Shown here: positions 34,963-46,300 of the stretch, one piece after another
Position numbering within the stretch: the first letter of the stretch is position 1
Layout of the letters: every line of letters begins with the position of its first letter
NCBI GenBank assembly: GCA_964426385.1
Contig: CAYRQF010000004.1
Location: 12,573-76,572, forward strand
Source: an uncultured Candidatus Saccharibacteria bacterium
GTDB taxonomy: Bacteria; Patescibacteriota; Minisyncoccia; Phycocordibacterales; CSBR16-119
Reading direction: 5' to 3'
DNA: 64,000 nt
Position numbers and translations under genes: made by a program
Notes under the pieces: model-generated
Told to the model about the DNA's origin: nothing
Databases searched by the model: none
The model's input: only the letters and a program-made list of their open reading frames with translations

Positions 34963-36588
34963 ATGCAAAACAAAAAACTTTTCAAAATTCTAGGACTCAT
35001 CGCACTTTTTCTCCTCATTATTTTCTCATGGGTGGTTATACGCGATGCCCAAAGGAAAAAGATTCTTAACACTCCGACACCGACAGGACTCGAGAATCCT
35101 TTTGGTGTGAGTCCTGACGGAGAAGGGTTTCCTCGAAGCGGGGAGGACGATGTCGACATCGGTACTCCCGATGAGACACCAGTAACAGGGGGGACTACAG
35201 GGACTAGCGTCATAGTTGTCGAGGATAATCCGGCCCTCAAACAACTATATACGAAACCCGTCGCGGGATTCACTTTCTGGAACGAAGAGCGAGAGCTACC
35301 AGAGGAACTCTCGACGACACCATCCGCATCGGTTGTCGAGGTTTATGATTTCTCAGGCTACAAAACAGTACGATTCGGCGACAAAGCTGACGAGATAGTG
35401 ACTATCAAGACTGTATTAAATAGGCAGACTCCAAGCCCGGGTCTCATCATCGACAGCAATTACGACACAGACATGAAGAACGCCGTCGTAGATTTCCAGA
35501 ACAGAAATGGTCTCGGAGGAGATGGTGTAATTGGGCCAAAGACTTATGCCAAATTCAATAGTTTTCAGGGTATCACCACGTTCTCTTCTGTAAAGAAGCC
35601 GATAAACACAGAGACGGTACCGATGGTTCGCTTCGTTGATGCCGGATCGGGCATCATGTCTGATCAAGCAATTCGAAAAGCAGAAGAGGTGCGCAAGATT
35701 ACTACGGTGTCGGTTCCCAGGGTAGCTGAAGCATTCTTTGATAATACAAAAAATAACGTTGTGATGAGATATGTCAAAGATAATGTCATCCAGACTTATG
35801 TAGCCAAACTTACTTTTGCCAAGATTGACCCCAACCTCACCTGGGCTGAGAAGGAGGCCATAACCAAGATTGCCGAGGTTACGGGCGAGTTTCTACCAGA
35901 GAACATCGACACTGTCGCGATGTCTCGCGACAAAAAGAGTTTGTTTTACATGACGCGAGTCGGTAGTGGTTCAGCCGGGCTCGTATATAACTTTTCGAGT
36001 AAGACCAAGAAGCAGGTATTCGACTCACCACTTCGAGAGTGGCTCATCGACTGGGGTAATGATATAAAAGTAAATCTCACAACAAAGGCTTCAGGTCAGG
36101 CTCTCGGGTATTCGTTTGTTCTCGACACGAAGACGGGTTCTTTCTCTAAGACTCTCGGAGGGGCAAACGGGCTCACGACTCTAATGAGTCCAGATGGTAA
36201 GAAGGTTCTGTACGCTGAAGCAACTGGAGGAAGCCTTTCTACATATGTCACCGAGCTCAGTACTGGCAAGAAAACTTCCATATCTCCATCTGCCATGCCA
36301 GAGAAGTGTGTTTGGACACGAGACTCAAAAGCCATATACTGTGCCGCCCCGATCAAGAGCGTATCGTTTGCCTATCCCGACGATTGGTATAAGGGAAAGG
36401 TAAGCTTCAGTGATGCACTGTGGATGATCGACGCTACAGACTATGTCGGTAACATAGAGTATGATTTCAAATCAAAAAACGGCGTTGATGTGGACGCCAT
36501 GAATCTCCAGCTCCGGGATGAGGAGGACTACATAGGCTTCATCAACAAGAAAGATGGAAGTCTCTGGGGACTAGATTTATCGAGATAG
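34963..36588 (+). CDS. membrane-anchored protein with a peptidoglycan-binding domain and probable beta-propeller
   Basis: TM helix; AVVDFQNRNGLGGDGVIGPKT (PG_binding_1-like); SPDGKKVLY and PEKCVW repeats. Confidence 0.8.
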   Translation: MQNKKLFKILGLIALFLLIIFSWVVIRDAQRKKILNTPTPTGLENPFGVSPDGEGFPRSGEDDVDIGTPDETPVTGGTTGTSVIVVEDNPALKQLYTKPVAGFTFWNEERELPEELSTTPSASVVEVYDFSGYKTVRFGDKADEIVTIKTVLNRQTPSPGLIIDSNYDTDMKNAVVDFQNRNGLGGDGVIGPKTYAKFNSFQGITTFSSVKKPINTETVPMVRFVDAGSGIMSDQAIRKAEEVRKITTVSVPRVAEAFFDNTKNNVVMRYVKDNVIQTYVAKLTFAKIDPNLTWAEKEAITKIAEVTGEFLPENIDTVAMSRDKKSLFYMTRVGSGSAGLVYNFSSKTKKQVFDSPLREWLIDWGNDIKVNLTTKASGQALGYSFVLDTKTGSFSKTLGGANGLTTLMSPDGKKVLYAEATGGSLSTYVTELSTGKKTSISPSAMPEKCVWTRDSKAIYCAAPIKSVSFAYPDDWYKGKVSFSDALWMIDATDYVGNIEYDFKSKNGVDVDAMNLQLRDEEDYIGFINKKDGSLWGLDLSR

Positions 36589-36591
36589 ATT

Positions 36592-36680
36592 TAAGATTTA
36601 GGAAGTAGGATTTAAGAAGAAACCCGCCATTGGCGGGTTTCTTCTTCTCTTAAATCTTAAATCCTAATTCTTACTTCTTA
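36592..36680. repeat. inverted 7-nt arrays enclosing a bidirectional terminator
   Basis: taagatt taggaag taggatt taagaag - aaacccgcc att ggcgggttt - aatctta aatccta attctta cttctta. Confidence 0.8.
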
Positions 36681-37261
36681 GTTACAGGCTTGATCATTAT
36701 CTTGTCTACGATTCCGTATTTCTTGGATTCTTCGGCATCCATCCAGAAGTCACGGTCTACGTCTTTGGCCACCTTCTCTTCTTTTTGGCCAGTTGCTACT
36801 GAGAGCATCTTTATCATCTTGTTCTTAATCTTGATGATATTCTCTGCTGTGATGAGGATATCTGACGCTTGACCTGATACTCCACCGAGAGGTTGATGGA
36901 TTAACACTTCGGCATTCGGGAGGATGAACCTTTTGCCCTTCTGACCCTGGGAAAGTATCCAGGCTCCCATCGAGGCGGCGACACCGACACAGATGGTGCT
37001 GACCTCAGGTTTGATGTGGTTCATCGTGTCTACGATAGCCATACCTGCGGAAACAGATCCACCGGGGGAGTTGATGTATAGGCTTATTTCTTTCTTCGGG
37101 TCCTCTGACTCGAGGAATAGCATCTGGGCGACAATCGTATTCGCCATCTGATCATTCACCTCGCCAGTCAGGAATATGATGCGCTCGCGTAGGAGTCTCG
37201 AGTAGATGTCGTATGCCCGTTCTCCGAAAGGGGACTTCTCGATCACTGTTGGGATTAGCAT
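36671..37261 (-). CDS. clpP: ATP-dependent Clp protease proteolytic subunit
   Basis: [30 protein letters not shown]. Confidence 0.98.
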   Translation of the reverse strand: MLIPTVIEKSPFGERAYDIYSRLLRERIIFLTGEVNDQMANTIVAQMLFLESEDPKKEISLYINSPGGSVSAGMAIVDTMNHIKPEVSTICVGVAASMGAWILSQGQKGKRFILPNAEVLIHQPLGGVSGQASDILITAENIIKIKNKMIKMLSVATGQKEEKVAKDVDRDFWMDAEESKKYGIVDKIMIKPVTKK

Positions 37262-37298
37262 ATTGTTCTATGTTAGCTTGTAATAAGATGATTTTACA

Positions 37299-38318
37299 CT
37301 ATTTCAGCGCTTCTAGGAATTTGAAGACCTCTTCGTTCTGTAGCACTGATTCGATATACATACGAGCATTCATCGGGTCCGCATCGGGGTATGTTTCAAC
37401 TACTTTCTTCACCTCAGCGTCGACAATAGATTTGTCAGCATGTATATTCTCAGCTTTGGCGATTTCTCCAACGACGAGTTGGAGTTTGGCGCGCTTCTCG
37501 GCATCTTTCTGCCATTCCTTTTGTAGCTCCTCCTCAGTCTTGTTTAGGTTTTTGAGGTAGTCGTCGTATTTCAGCCCCATACCTTCGATATCAGACTTCA
37601 TCTTGTGGGTCATCTTATGGAGTTCAGTGTCAATGAGAACTTCAGGAACATCGATGTCAGTCTTCTCGATGATTCCCTCGATAATCTGGAGACGTCGCTT
37701 GTCCTTTTCCTTCGCCTCTTTCTCATCCTGCATGTTGTTACGAATCTTTTTCTTGAAGTCTTCTAGGTTGTCGAAGCCGCCGAGGGATTTTACATACTCG
37801 TCATCAAGGTCGAGTAGGGCAGTATCAGGTGTGATCTCGACACCTTTCTGTTCAGACTTTGTGCGCATGATTCTGGCCTGCTTCATGACTGCTTCAAATT
37901 CGGCGTCTGTAACCTCCGTTGAGAAATCTTTCTTGTTAACTTCCTTGGTGATGCTCTTGTAGTCAGGGAGCTTCATCTCTGGCAATGTCGCAACGATTAT
38001 CGTATAACCGAGCGGGTTACCTGGGGCAAGTTTTGTGATACTTATCTTTGGGTAACCGATAGCATCGATATTGTTATCAGATAGAATTTTTGGGAAATGT
38101 TTCGCTAGGGCGAGTTGCGCCATCTCTTCGAGGATTACGATATCGCCGAGTTTCTGGATGAGCATCGCCTCTGGGGCATGACCCTTGCGGAAACCGTCAA
38201 TGTCGATATTCTCACCGAGCTTTTTTATCGCTCGCGGACGGAACTTTTCGAATTCCGCAGTTTCTATTTCTCCCTTTATTTCAACAAGGGATTTTGGCAG
38301 TTTATTTATTTCTGGCAT
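37299..38318 (-). CDS. tig: trigger factor lacking the FKBP (PPIase) domain
   Basis: IDGFRKGHAP ribosome-binding signature; only 339 aa; N-domain joins the C-domain directly; adjacent to clpP. Confidence 0.92.
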   Translation of the reverse strand: MPEINKLPKSLVEIKGEIETAEFEKFRPRAIKKLGENIDIDGFRKGHAPEAMLIQKLGDIVILEEMAQLALAKHFPKILSDNNIDAIGYPKISITKLAPGNPLGYTIIVATLPEMKLPDYKSITKEVNKKDFSTEVTDAEFEAVMKQARIMRTKSEQKGVEITPDTALLDLDDEYVKSLGGFDNLEDFKKKIRNNMQDEKEAKEKDKRRLQIIEGIIEKTDIDVPEVLIDTELHKMTHKMKSDIEGMGLKYDDYLKNLNKTEEELQKEWQKDAEKRAKLQLVVGEIAKAENIHADKSIVDAEVKKVVETYPDADPMNARMYIESVLQNEEVFKFLEALK

Positions 38319-38323
38319 GTTAA

Positions 38324-38908
38324 TTAAGAGAGTTTCGGCGCGTAATCTTTTTGGTAACGCTCAGCACACTCCTTTATTACTTTAATAGCTTCTTCCGGAC
38401 CGTGAAATGTCTCCACAACTCCAGTACCTGGCTTCTTCATTGCCTTGTAATTTTCCCAATAATATTTTGTTTCTTTCTCCCAGTATTCTCCTAGGTCTTT
38501 ATAGCTTTGAATGTGGTCAGAACGTTTGTCGTCGTTTAAAACTGCGATAATTTTGTCATCAACCTCGCCACCATCGATGAACTTCATCACTCCGATTACT
38601 CGTATCTCAACCAATGATCCAGGAACAAGAGGCTCGGTAATGTTTACAATCTCAACGTCTAGCGGGTCGCCGTCAAAATCCCACGTTGCTGGAATCGCAC
38701 CATACGTGAAAGGGTAGGCGAGAGAAGAGTATCCGACACGATCAAGTTTAAGCTGACCGCTTTCTGTGATAATTTCATATTTGTTGATGCTTCCAGCAGA
38801 AACTTCAACAATCGTATTTGCAATTCCTTTTGCCTCGTCTGCAAATGGTGGTAGAACATGAAGAAGGTTAAGCATGTATTTAGATGGTTTGTGGTCTATG
38901 TTTGCCAT
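38324..38908 (-). CDS. ppa: family I inorganic pyrophosphatase
   Basis: NKYE, YPFTYG, DGDPLD, DGGEVDDKIIAV. Confidence 0.93.
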   Translation of the reverse strand: MANIDHKPSKYMLNLLHVLPPFADEAKGIANTIVEVSAGSINKYEIITESGQLKLDRVGYSSLAYPFTYGAIPATWDFDGDPLDVEIVNITEPLVPGSLVEIRVIGVMKFIDGGEVDDKIIAVLNDDKRSDHIQSYKDLGEYWEKETKYYWENYKAMKKPGTGVVETFHGPEEAIKVIKECAERYQKDYAPKLS

Positions 38909-38930
38909 ATTTATATAATTAAATTAATAA

Positions 38931-40187
38931 TTATGCTTCTTTGTTTTCTTCAGGAGTGTCGGATTCTGGAGTGGCTGTAACTTCTTCAGCTACCTCCTCA
39001 GTCTTTTCTTCAACCACTGGTGCTGGCTTCTCAGTACCTTTGATATCGATGCGATATCCAGTGAGCTTGGCTGCGAGACGCACGTTCTGTCCGCCCTTGC
39101 CGATGGCGAGTGATAACTGGTCATCTGCGACTTCGATCGAGGCGATTTTCTCTTCTTCTTTGAGTTCGATACCAGTGATTTTCGCCGGAGATAGGGAAGA
39201 TGCGACAAATTCCTGAGGATTCTCGCTCCATTCTATGATGTCTATTTTCTCTCCGCCGAGCTCGTTCATAACTGTGGTGACACGCACACCCTTCTGTCCT
39301 ACACATGCTCCAATAGGGTCGATATTGTTGTCGTTTGAGAATACGGCAATCTTTGATCGGCTACCAGCTTCGCGGGCGATAGACTTGATCTCGACGACAC
39401 CGTTCGCTATTTCAGGTGATTCGATGGCAAATAGAGCTTCTAGGAATCGTGGGTGTGATCTCGATAGTTCTAGATTTACACCACGGTTCGTGTCTTCGAC
39501 AGCGACAAGGTATGCTCGGATACGCTGACCCTGCATGAATCTCTCGCCAAATATCTGTTCATCTCGTCCGAGAACGCCAGTCGCTCGATTGAAGTCGACG
39601 TAGACTACTCCGCGTTCGATTTTCGATACCATACCTGAAACTATTTCACCTTCTTTGTCTCCATACTCCTCCATAACAGCACCTCGTTCTGCTTCTCGGA
39701 TGCGCTGGATGATGACCTGCTTGGCAGTTTGGGCAGCGATGCGACCGAAATCCTCCTTCATATCGAGAGGGAAGACGATCTCTTCGCCGAGGGCTGCATC
39801 TTTCTTGATTTTCTTCGCATCTTCTATGAGCATGTGCTTCTCAGGGTTAAAAACTGCTCGTTCGTCTTCGCCCGGCGCGCTCTCAGTTTCTATGGGACCC
39901 TTGTTTCTAGAATCTCGGCGATCATCAGGGTCGACAAAGTCATGTTCCTCGCCTTCTGCGAGGAAACGTACAGTAGATTCGTCAACTACTATCTTTACCT
40001 GGTAGAAATCCATACTTCCGGTGTCTAGGTCTAGGTTTACGCGGATGATTTGGCCTTTCTTGCCGTAGTCTTTCTTATAAGCGGCAGCCAAAGATTGCTC
40101 GATAGCATCGATTATCTTGTCTCGAGGAATCTTGCGTTCTTCTTCGAGCTGTAGGAGGGCGGATTTTAATGTCTTTAGATCTAACAT
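38931..40187 (-). CDS. nusA: transcription termination factor NusA
   Basis: [43 protein letters not shown]. Confidence 0.98.
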   Translation of the reverse strand: MLDLKTLKSALLQLEEERKIPRDKIIDAIEQSLAAAYKKDYGKKGQIIRVNLDLDTGSMDFYQVKIVVDESTVRFLAEGEEHDFVDPDDRRDSRNKGPIETESAPGEDERAVFNPEKHMLIEDAKKIKKDAALGEEIVFPLDMKEDFGRIAAQTAKQVIIQRIREAERGAVMEEYGDKEGEIVSGMVSKIERGVVYVDFNRATGVLGRDEQIFGERFMQGQRIRAYLVAVEDTNRGVNLELSRSHPRFLEALFAIESPEIANGVVEIKSIAREAGSRSKIAVFSNDNNIDPIGACVGQKGVRVTTVMNELGGEKIDIIEWSENPQEFVASSLSPAKITGIELKEEEKIASIEVADDQLSLAIGKGGQNVRLAAKLTGYRIDIKGTEKPAPVVEEKTEEVAEEVTATPESDTPEENKEA

Positions 40188-40473
40188 ATTTAATTTTCTT
40201 ATATTTTTCCTCGCACGACGTCGAGGGTTTTTAACAAAAAAGTCCGGGGGAATCCCAGGACAATCACAAACATATATTAGTATTTCCGGCTCATTTTGTC
40301 AAAGTGTACACCTAGGCCTCCGTTTAGATGGGTAAGTATCGGCAACACATTTTTAAAACAGTGGAAAGTTTGTTGTGCCGGTTTATCCACAACAACGTGA
40401 GCATCTAGACGTAATGTCTAGAGCGAGGTGTTATTATGTTGGTATAAATTAAAAGTAAATTTCTTCTTATATT

Positions 40474-40767
40474 ATGAATCCTCAAAATGCGCAAAAGGTT
40501 AATTGGTGGTTCTACATCATCTTGTTCGTCATTGTCGCCATAGTTATCGTTCTCATCGTAGACAAGCGTCGCCAGACCACTAGCGGTATTCCTCAGTCAA
40601 AATATGACAAAGTCATAGCAGAGTTGCGCAAGCAGTCCGGTGACAGCACTGTAGTATCTCCAGAAGAGCAAGCCAGAGTCATGGCAGAGCTTCGCTCTGA
40701 CTCACAAGCAAAATCAGTATCGGCAGAAGACCAGGCTAAAGTATTAAATGAATTAAGGGCTAATTAG
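40474..40767 (+). CDS. small membrane-anchored hypothetical protein
   Basis: One TM helix and three short repeats (KVIAELR / RVMAELR / KVLNELR). Confidence 0.75.
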   Translation: MNPQNAQKVNWWFYIILFVIVAIVIVLIVDKRRQTTSGIPQSKYDKVIAELRKQSGDSTVVSPEEQARVMAELRSDSQAKSVSAEDQAKVLNELRAN

Positions 40768-40783
40768 TTAGAAACCGTAGACC

Positions 40784-43138
40784 ATGACTTTATTGAAAAC
40801 AAAAGCAAAAATTTTAGTATTAATTTCGCTCGTTTTCATATCTGTTTTTACCATAATCCGTTCTACCGGCACCGCAGAGGCGCAAAATGTTGCCCTAGAA
40901 CCTGGAGACGTTAGCGGTTTCGCCTGGATGGGTCAGAATATAGTAGATGGCGTCGCGACTCCTCAGGGGGGCGGAGGCTGGCTGGCACTCAATTGTAAGC
41001 CGACCGACTGTGACAGTGGTGCATGGGGTGTCAAAATGAATCTTGAGGAAGGTCCAAACAAGGGTAAGTTCACCGGCCAAGCTTGGAGTTCAAATTACGG
41101 TTGGTTGTCGTTTGATGAGAGTGATGTAGCGTCGTGTATCGGCCATACGCCTGGGGTTAGTCCAAATTCAGTAAAGGCGGATATCATCAGTGGGGTAGAT
41201 GAGGCTCCGATGAGAGGCTGGGCCAAGTTCGTTGCCGGTGATGCGCAGACTGACGGATGGGATGGCTGTGTCGCATTTGATGGGTCTCCATTTATAAGGA
41301 CATTTGTAGACATGAACAACGGCTTTATCCACGGCTGGGCTTGGGGTGGTAGTGTTGTTGGATGGATAAGCTTTAATAATCCTGAGTGTCAGTATTGCAA
41401 TACAGCCGTTGTTCTATCAGCTGCCCCCCAAATAACTTTCTGGGCAACCCCGGCCTCTATAAATACCGGCGGAAGTTCTACATTAAATTGGACGAGTACA
41501 GTAATTAGCGGAAACTATGTTGCATCATGCGAAGAGTATGGTAATACAAGCAACTACAGCCATTGGACAAGCACGGGAATGCCGACCGCTGCCAACGTGG
41601 GAGATATCAGTGTAGCTGACGGCAATCTACCCGCAGGATCACATCCGATAAACAATATTAGTGCCACGACTACATATAGTATCAAGTGTAAAGATAAATA
41701 CGGCGCTATTTTACCAGAGAGGTTTGCAACAGTTACTGTAAATCCTTCGGCAACAACTCTAGATCTTACTGTTTCGAGCCCTACCCTTCAGATCGGTAGT
41801 GGAAACTATGATGAAATACTGAAGTGGACATCCAATAATCCGACTGCATTACATTCTTGTGTAGGTCAGTTCTACAGAGCTTCGAACTTTACCCCAGCAA
41901 TGTCACAGAACCTAACTGGATGGACAGGAATCGCTCTTCCTTCACCAGTTCAAAATAATTACACCGCCGTTAGAGACGCCGCCGTTGGGCCGAACCAGTT
42001 CGCCACAAAAGCCGCAGGAGTATTCAGCGCTGCACCCAACATCAGGTTCATATTCAGTATTAGTTGCCAAGATTCTTCTAATGGAGATGCTTTAGTTTAT
42101 GATTCTGCTCAGGTTCAAATGATCGGTGGTACAACGTGTACTGATCCGGCTGCTGCAAATAATGGTGGACCACTCCCATGTATGTATCGAGCGTGTACTG
42201 ACCCTCTGGCAAACAATGACGTCGCTCCCGGACCTACGATTATCTCGGACAATACACTGTGTACGTATGATAGCAATCCTGGTTCTCCGAGAATATCCCT
42301 TAGTGTCGATCCTCAAATCTTCTATACTAACGCCACAGACTTCGATGTGAACCTCTCGTGGACAGCGACAGCTCCTGTAAACAACTGTGTCGGATCGTTC
42401 ACTATTGAAGACGGCAGTCCTGCCTGGGATAGTCTGCCGGGTTGGACATCTGGAATTACTGGCGGTAACGGCACGCTCCCTGAGCCTAACCTGACAGTTG
42501 CTAGCTGGACTCAGCAGAATGTCGCCTTCAACAACCTTTTGTCTAATGAAGCTGACATTCCGATGACCTACACGTTCCGTCTAGAGTGTGAAGATCCTGG
42601 AGGAGGTCCTGACCCTGCCGATACGGCATCTGTGACACTATTGCCTTGGACACCTATATATGAGCCACCACAAGTCAATCTCTTCATCCAGTCGCCAAAT
42701 GTTGATCCAGTGCCAAGTATTCAAGATACACAGGATCCTCAAGGGTTCAAGAAAGAGATAATCTCAAGTACGGTTGGATACCCTGCGGTGGTACTTAGAT
42801 GGCAAGATTTGAACACTAGCGTCTGTTCTGCATCCTCCGCAATGTATGATGATGCGACGGGTACGAATATAATAGGCTCAAATGCTGACTGGAACGGACA
42901 AATTGCACAAGACTTTGATCCAACCAATAACACAGCCACTCTCGATATCACTGCTCCGGCAGTCTTGCATCCGACTAAGTTCATCATTACCTGTATTCCT
43001 GATGATCCAGCATATCAACCGCCTAACGTTCCATCGCTTCCTACGGCTTGGGTTTGTGTAGGACTCTCTGGTAAGCCATTCCCCGCATGTTCTGTTACGG
43101 GTAGTGGAGGAGGAACTCCGACATACATCGAGATTTAG
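40784..43138 (+). CDS. large exported Cys-containing surface protein
   Basis: Signal peptide; GFAW/GQAWSSNYGWLSF/GWAWGGSVVGWISF repeats; CTDPAA/CTDPLA repeats; Ig-like modules. Confidence 0.85.
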   Translation: MTLLKTKAKILVLISLVFISVFTIIRSTGTAEAQNVALEPGDVSGFAWMGQNIVDGVATPQGGGGWLALNCKPTDCDSGAWGVKMNLEEGPNKGKFTGQAWSSNYGWLSFDESDVASCIGHTPGVSPNSVKADIISGVDEAPMRGWAKFVAGDAQTDGWDGCVAFDGSPFIRTFVDMNNGFIHGWAWGGSVVGWISFNNPECQYCNTAVVLSAAPQITFWATPASINTGGSSTLNWTSTVISGNYVASCEEYGNTSNYSHWTSTGMPTAANVGDISVADGNLPAGSHPINNISATTTYSIKCKDKYGAILPERFATVTVNPSATTLDLTVSSPTLQIGSGNYDEILKWTSNNPTALHSCVGQFYRASNFTPAMSQNLTGWTGIALPSPVQNNYTAVRDAAVGPNQFATKAAGVFSAAPNIRFIFSISCQDSSNGDALVYDSAQVQMIGGTTCTDPAAANNGGPLPCMYRACTDPLANNDVAPGPTIISDNTLCTYDSNPGSPRISLSVDPQIFYTNATDFDVNLSWTATAPVNNCVGSFTIEDGSPAWDSLPGWTSGITGGNGTLPEPNLTVASWTQQNVAFNNLLSNEADIPMTYTFRLECEDPGGGPDPADTASVTLLPWTPIYEPPQVNLFIQSPNVDPVPSIQDTQDPQGFKKEIISSTVGYPAVVLRWQDLNTSVCSASSAMYDDATGTNIIGSNADWNGQIAQDFDPTNNTATLDITAPAVLHPTKFIITCIPDDPAYQPPNVPSLPTAWVCVGLSGKPFPACSVTGSGGGTPTYIEI

Positions 43139-43147
43139 TGAAAAAAT

Positions 43148-43183
43148 AAACAAAACGCTCGGAATCATCCGAGTGTTTTGTTT
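43148..43183 (+). terminator. intrinsic terminator
   Basis: aaacaaaacgctcgga-atca-tccgagtgttttgttt. Confidence 0.75.
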
Positions 43184-43307
43184 TGACCAGAGGGTTTTCC
43201 ACATTGAGAATAGTAACTGTCAATTTATCCGTAAGGTAGGTGGTATCATATAAGGAGCAACAAATTATATTTTTATTATTTTATTAATTGTTTTTATTTT
43301 ATAAATT

Positions 43308-46300
43308 ATGTCATTTCTAAGAAGTAAGATTTTCGTAGCAATATTCTCGATGCTCGCCATGGTGATCCAGCCATATGCAGTTTTTGCCCAAGACTTCAGC
43401 TGGACTGAGCCATCTGGTCCACCTCTAGACAACAACGTCGCTCCGCCAGTAAACGTCGGACCTGTTGGTCAGACAAAGGATGGCGAGTTCTTCATAATGA
43501 AACAGGGAGGTAACGGTTTTGCCGTGCCTTTCTCTAGTGCATCTTTCGGAACGTATCTGCCTGGTATATTTGGTGGTCCTGCTATCGACTACCCGTCGAC
43601 AGTAAATATTTACGGCAATCTCCTTTACCGTCCAGATGGTACAGCCGGCGCTACTCCACCGGCGGGGCAAGTCCTCAGTACAGGTGTTAACGGCTATGCG
43701 AAATGGGTAGACCCTGCGACTCTCGTCGGTTCTGGATCAACGCTACCGACATGTACTGCTAATCAGGTTCTACAAGTAAACCAGACTGGAACATGGAGCT
43801 GTGGTACGGGTGCTACTAGCGCTACTTTACCAGTCGGAACAAATGGTCAGACACTTCGATATAATTCTACGATGGCACAATGGGAGCCAACCAGTGTTGT
43901 AACCGTAACGGGAACTGGTCCAGCCGTTGTCGGTGTCGGTAGTGGCGCAGGCAATAGTACTGGTGTGATCAACATCATGACCAGCTCGACCGTACCAAAT
44001 GCTCACATTGAGGTGGCGAGTCCAAGTATTATGCTCCGACCAGGGAGTTCTCCTATTCAGGCTGGACAGGTCCTCACTTCTACTACGACTCAGGGTCACA
44101 TCGGCTGGGTAGACCCGATCACTCTCCTCGGATCGCTACTACCTAACGGTACATCAGGACAAACTTTTGTTCACAATGGCACTAACTGGACCGCGACAGA
44201 TAAGCTTACGCATTCTCAGGCATCAGTAGCTATTCCAGCTCCATATGAAGGAGACTTCAATCCAGACGGATTCATGAGTAAGATTACAAACGATGTGTTT
44301 ATGCTAGACACCGCGAAGGCTAGCTTGGGAAGAGCGGGGCAAGGGTATGTCAATATATATGGACAGAATGCTGGCGCTCTCTCGAACAATTTTACGTTCA
44401 CACCGATGGTTGGTCAGACTCAAAATGTAAACTTTTTTAGTGATAATGTTAAATTTGCCGGACCATTTCAGAATAATCAGTGGGATAGCAAGTTAGGCAG
44501 ACTATTGTTTTCCAAGGATGACGAGGGTTCAATCAAATGGTCACGAGGACTTGAATATCAAGAGGATTTCGAAGGCATGTACAACATTTTCGGGGTAGTG
44601 GATGACGCAGACGATGCTGACGATATTCCACTTCTTTGGAGTGAGGGCCTTACATTCCTTCAGGGAGATACGACTATCGACGGACTAACAACTATCAATA
44701 ATGATTTGGTGGTTTCTACAGAAGGGGATTTGTTCCTTGAGGGTGTTAATTATCCTTCTGCTAGTGACAATGTAAAACATCTCTGTTTACGTATGAGTGA
44801 CAAGCAGGTCGTTCGTTGCGAACCACAGAATGTGATTGGAGAGGTCCCGCAAACTGAGACAAGAACAGGAATATTTACAGAAACTTTCGGTCCAGGTTCT
44901 GGTCCTGGGGTGTCCTTCCCTAGACCTAACCAGGCCCCTGGTGATGTGACAGTCAAGATCTGTGGTGCAGGAGGTGGAGGTGGAGGTGGAGGAAGAGGTT
45001 GGGAAGATGGTAGTGAGAACGGCCACGGTGGAGGTGGAGGTGGAGGTGGAGGAAAAGGTGACTGTATAACAACAGATATTACCGGACTTTCTGGAACTGA
45101 ACTAACATGGAATATCGGAAGTGGTGGAACTGGAGGTAGTCCTGGCAATATTGATGTTGTTTATCAGCCACAACCATCACAGACGAATGCTGATACTTCT
45201 GCCTCGAGTGGTCAGCCTGGTGCGGGAACACAAGTCTCTTATGAAGGAAATCAGATAGGTAGTGTTTTGGGTGGTGCCGGGGGTTATGCTGGTGCTAATG
45301 CATCCGGATCTGGTCCAGGTGTCGGTGGAAGTGGTGGATCAAGTAATATAAATATAGCTACAGCTGGGTGGCATAAAGGTTCTAATGGACAGATTAGTAC
45401 AGATAACGCTACAGAAATGGGTCAGGGTGGTGTCGGTGGAAAAGGAGAGAATAATGTCACTGGCCAAGGAGGTAACGGTGGATCAGGCGGACAACCTTTT
45501 AGCGGTTCTCAGTTCGGTAATGCTGGTCAACAGGGTGCTTCTGGTTATGGTGGTGGAGGCGGTGGTGGAGGCTCAGGTAAATGGTATGACTATCTATATA
45601 GTTTAAGTAACCAACAGAACCAGGATAACGCAATACGAAACCACGGCGGTTGGGGTGGTAACGGTGGAAGTGGATATGTTCAGCTTACATACTATGTTTA
45701 CATCGAGGAGCCAGCGGCACCTACAAGTGAAGAATTCTTGGCTAGCGGTTCATTTGATCTATCACAGATACCAACCGACGATCCTAACCTAGATGTTACA
45801 TTTGAAGTTTGGGGTGCGGGCGGAGGTGGCGGAGGTGCAGGTACAGCAACCCCTCCAAGTGGTAGTTATGTAAGACGTGGGGGTGGCGGAGGCGCTGGCG
45901 GATACGGAACTATAACTGTAGACAGATCAGCACTTCCGAACACAGGCACCCTCGCTATTACAGTCGGAAATGGTGGAACAGCGGGTACAATCACAACTTC
46001 TGGAGGTAATGGCGGACAGACTGTGGTAGCAGGAGCAATGTCTATAACTGTTGAAGGAGGAGAAGGTGGAAGTAAGAAAGTTTATGGTCAAACATGTGCT
46101 CCAGTTATTGCACAGGGTGGTGACACTATCTCTGGTGCGGCGTTGACCGCCGGTGGTGACGGTGGTTCATGCGGAGAACCTGCCGTGAATCCACCACCAA
46201 CTGGTTATGGAGGTGGAGGAGTACAGAGTGTTGGCGGATACGGTGGCGGAGGTGTTGGAGCATCAGTTAATTACTTGGGTGCACAGACCGTGGCCCCACA

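Noticed and set aside
40330-40400. oriC
   Set aside because: Only one perfect DnaA box, no box cluster, and no dnaA/dnaN nearby
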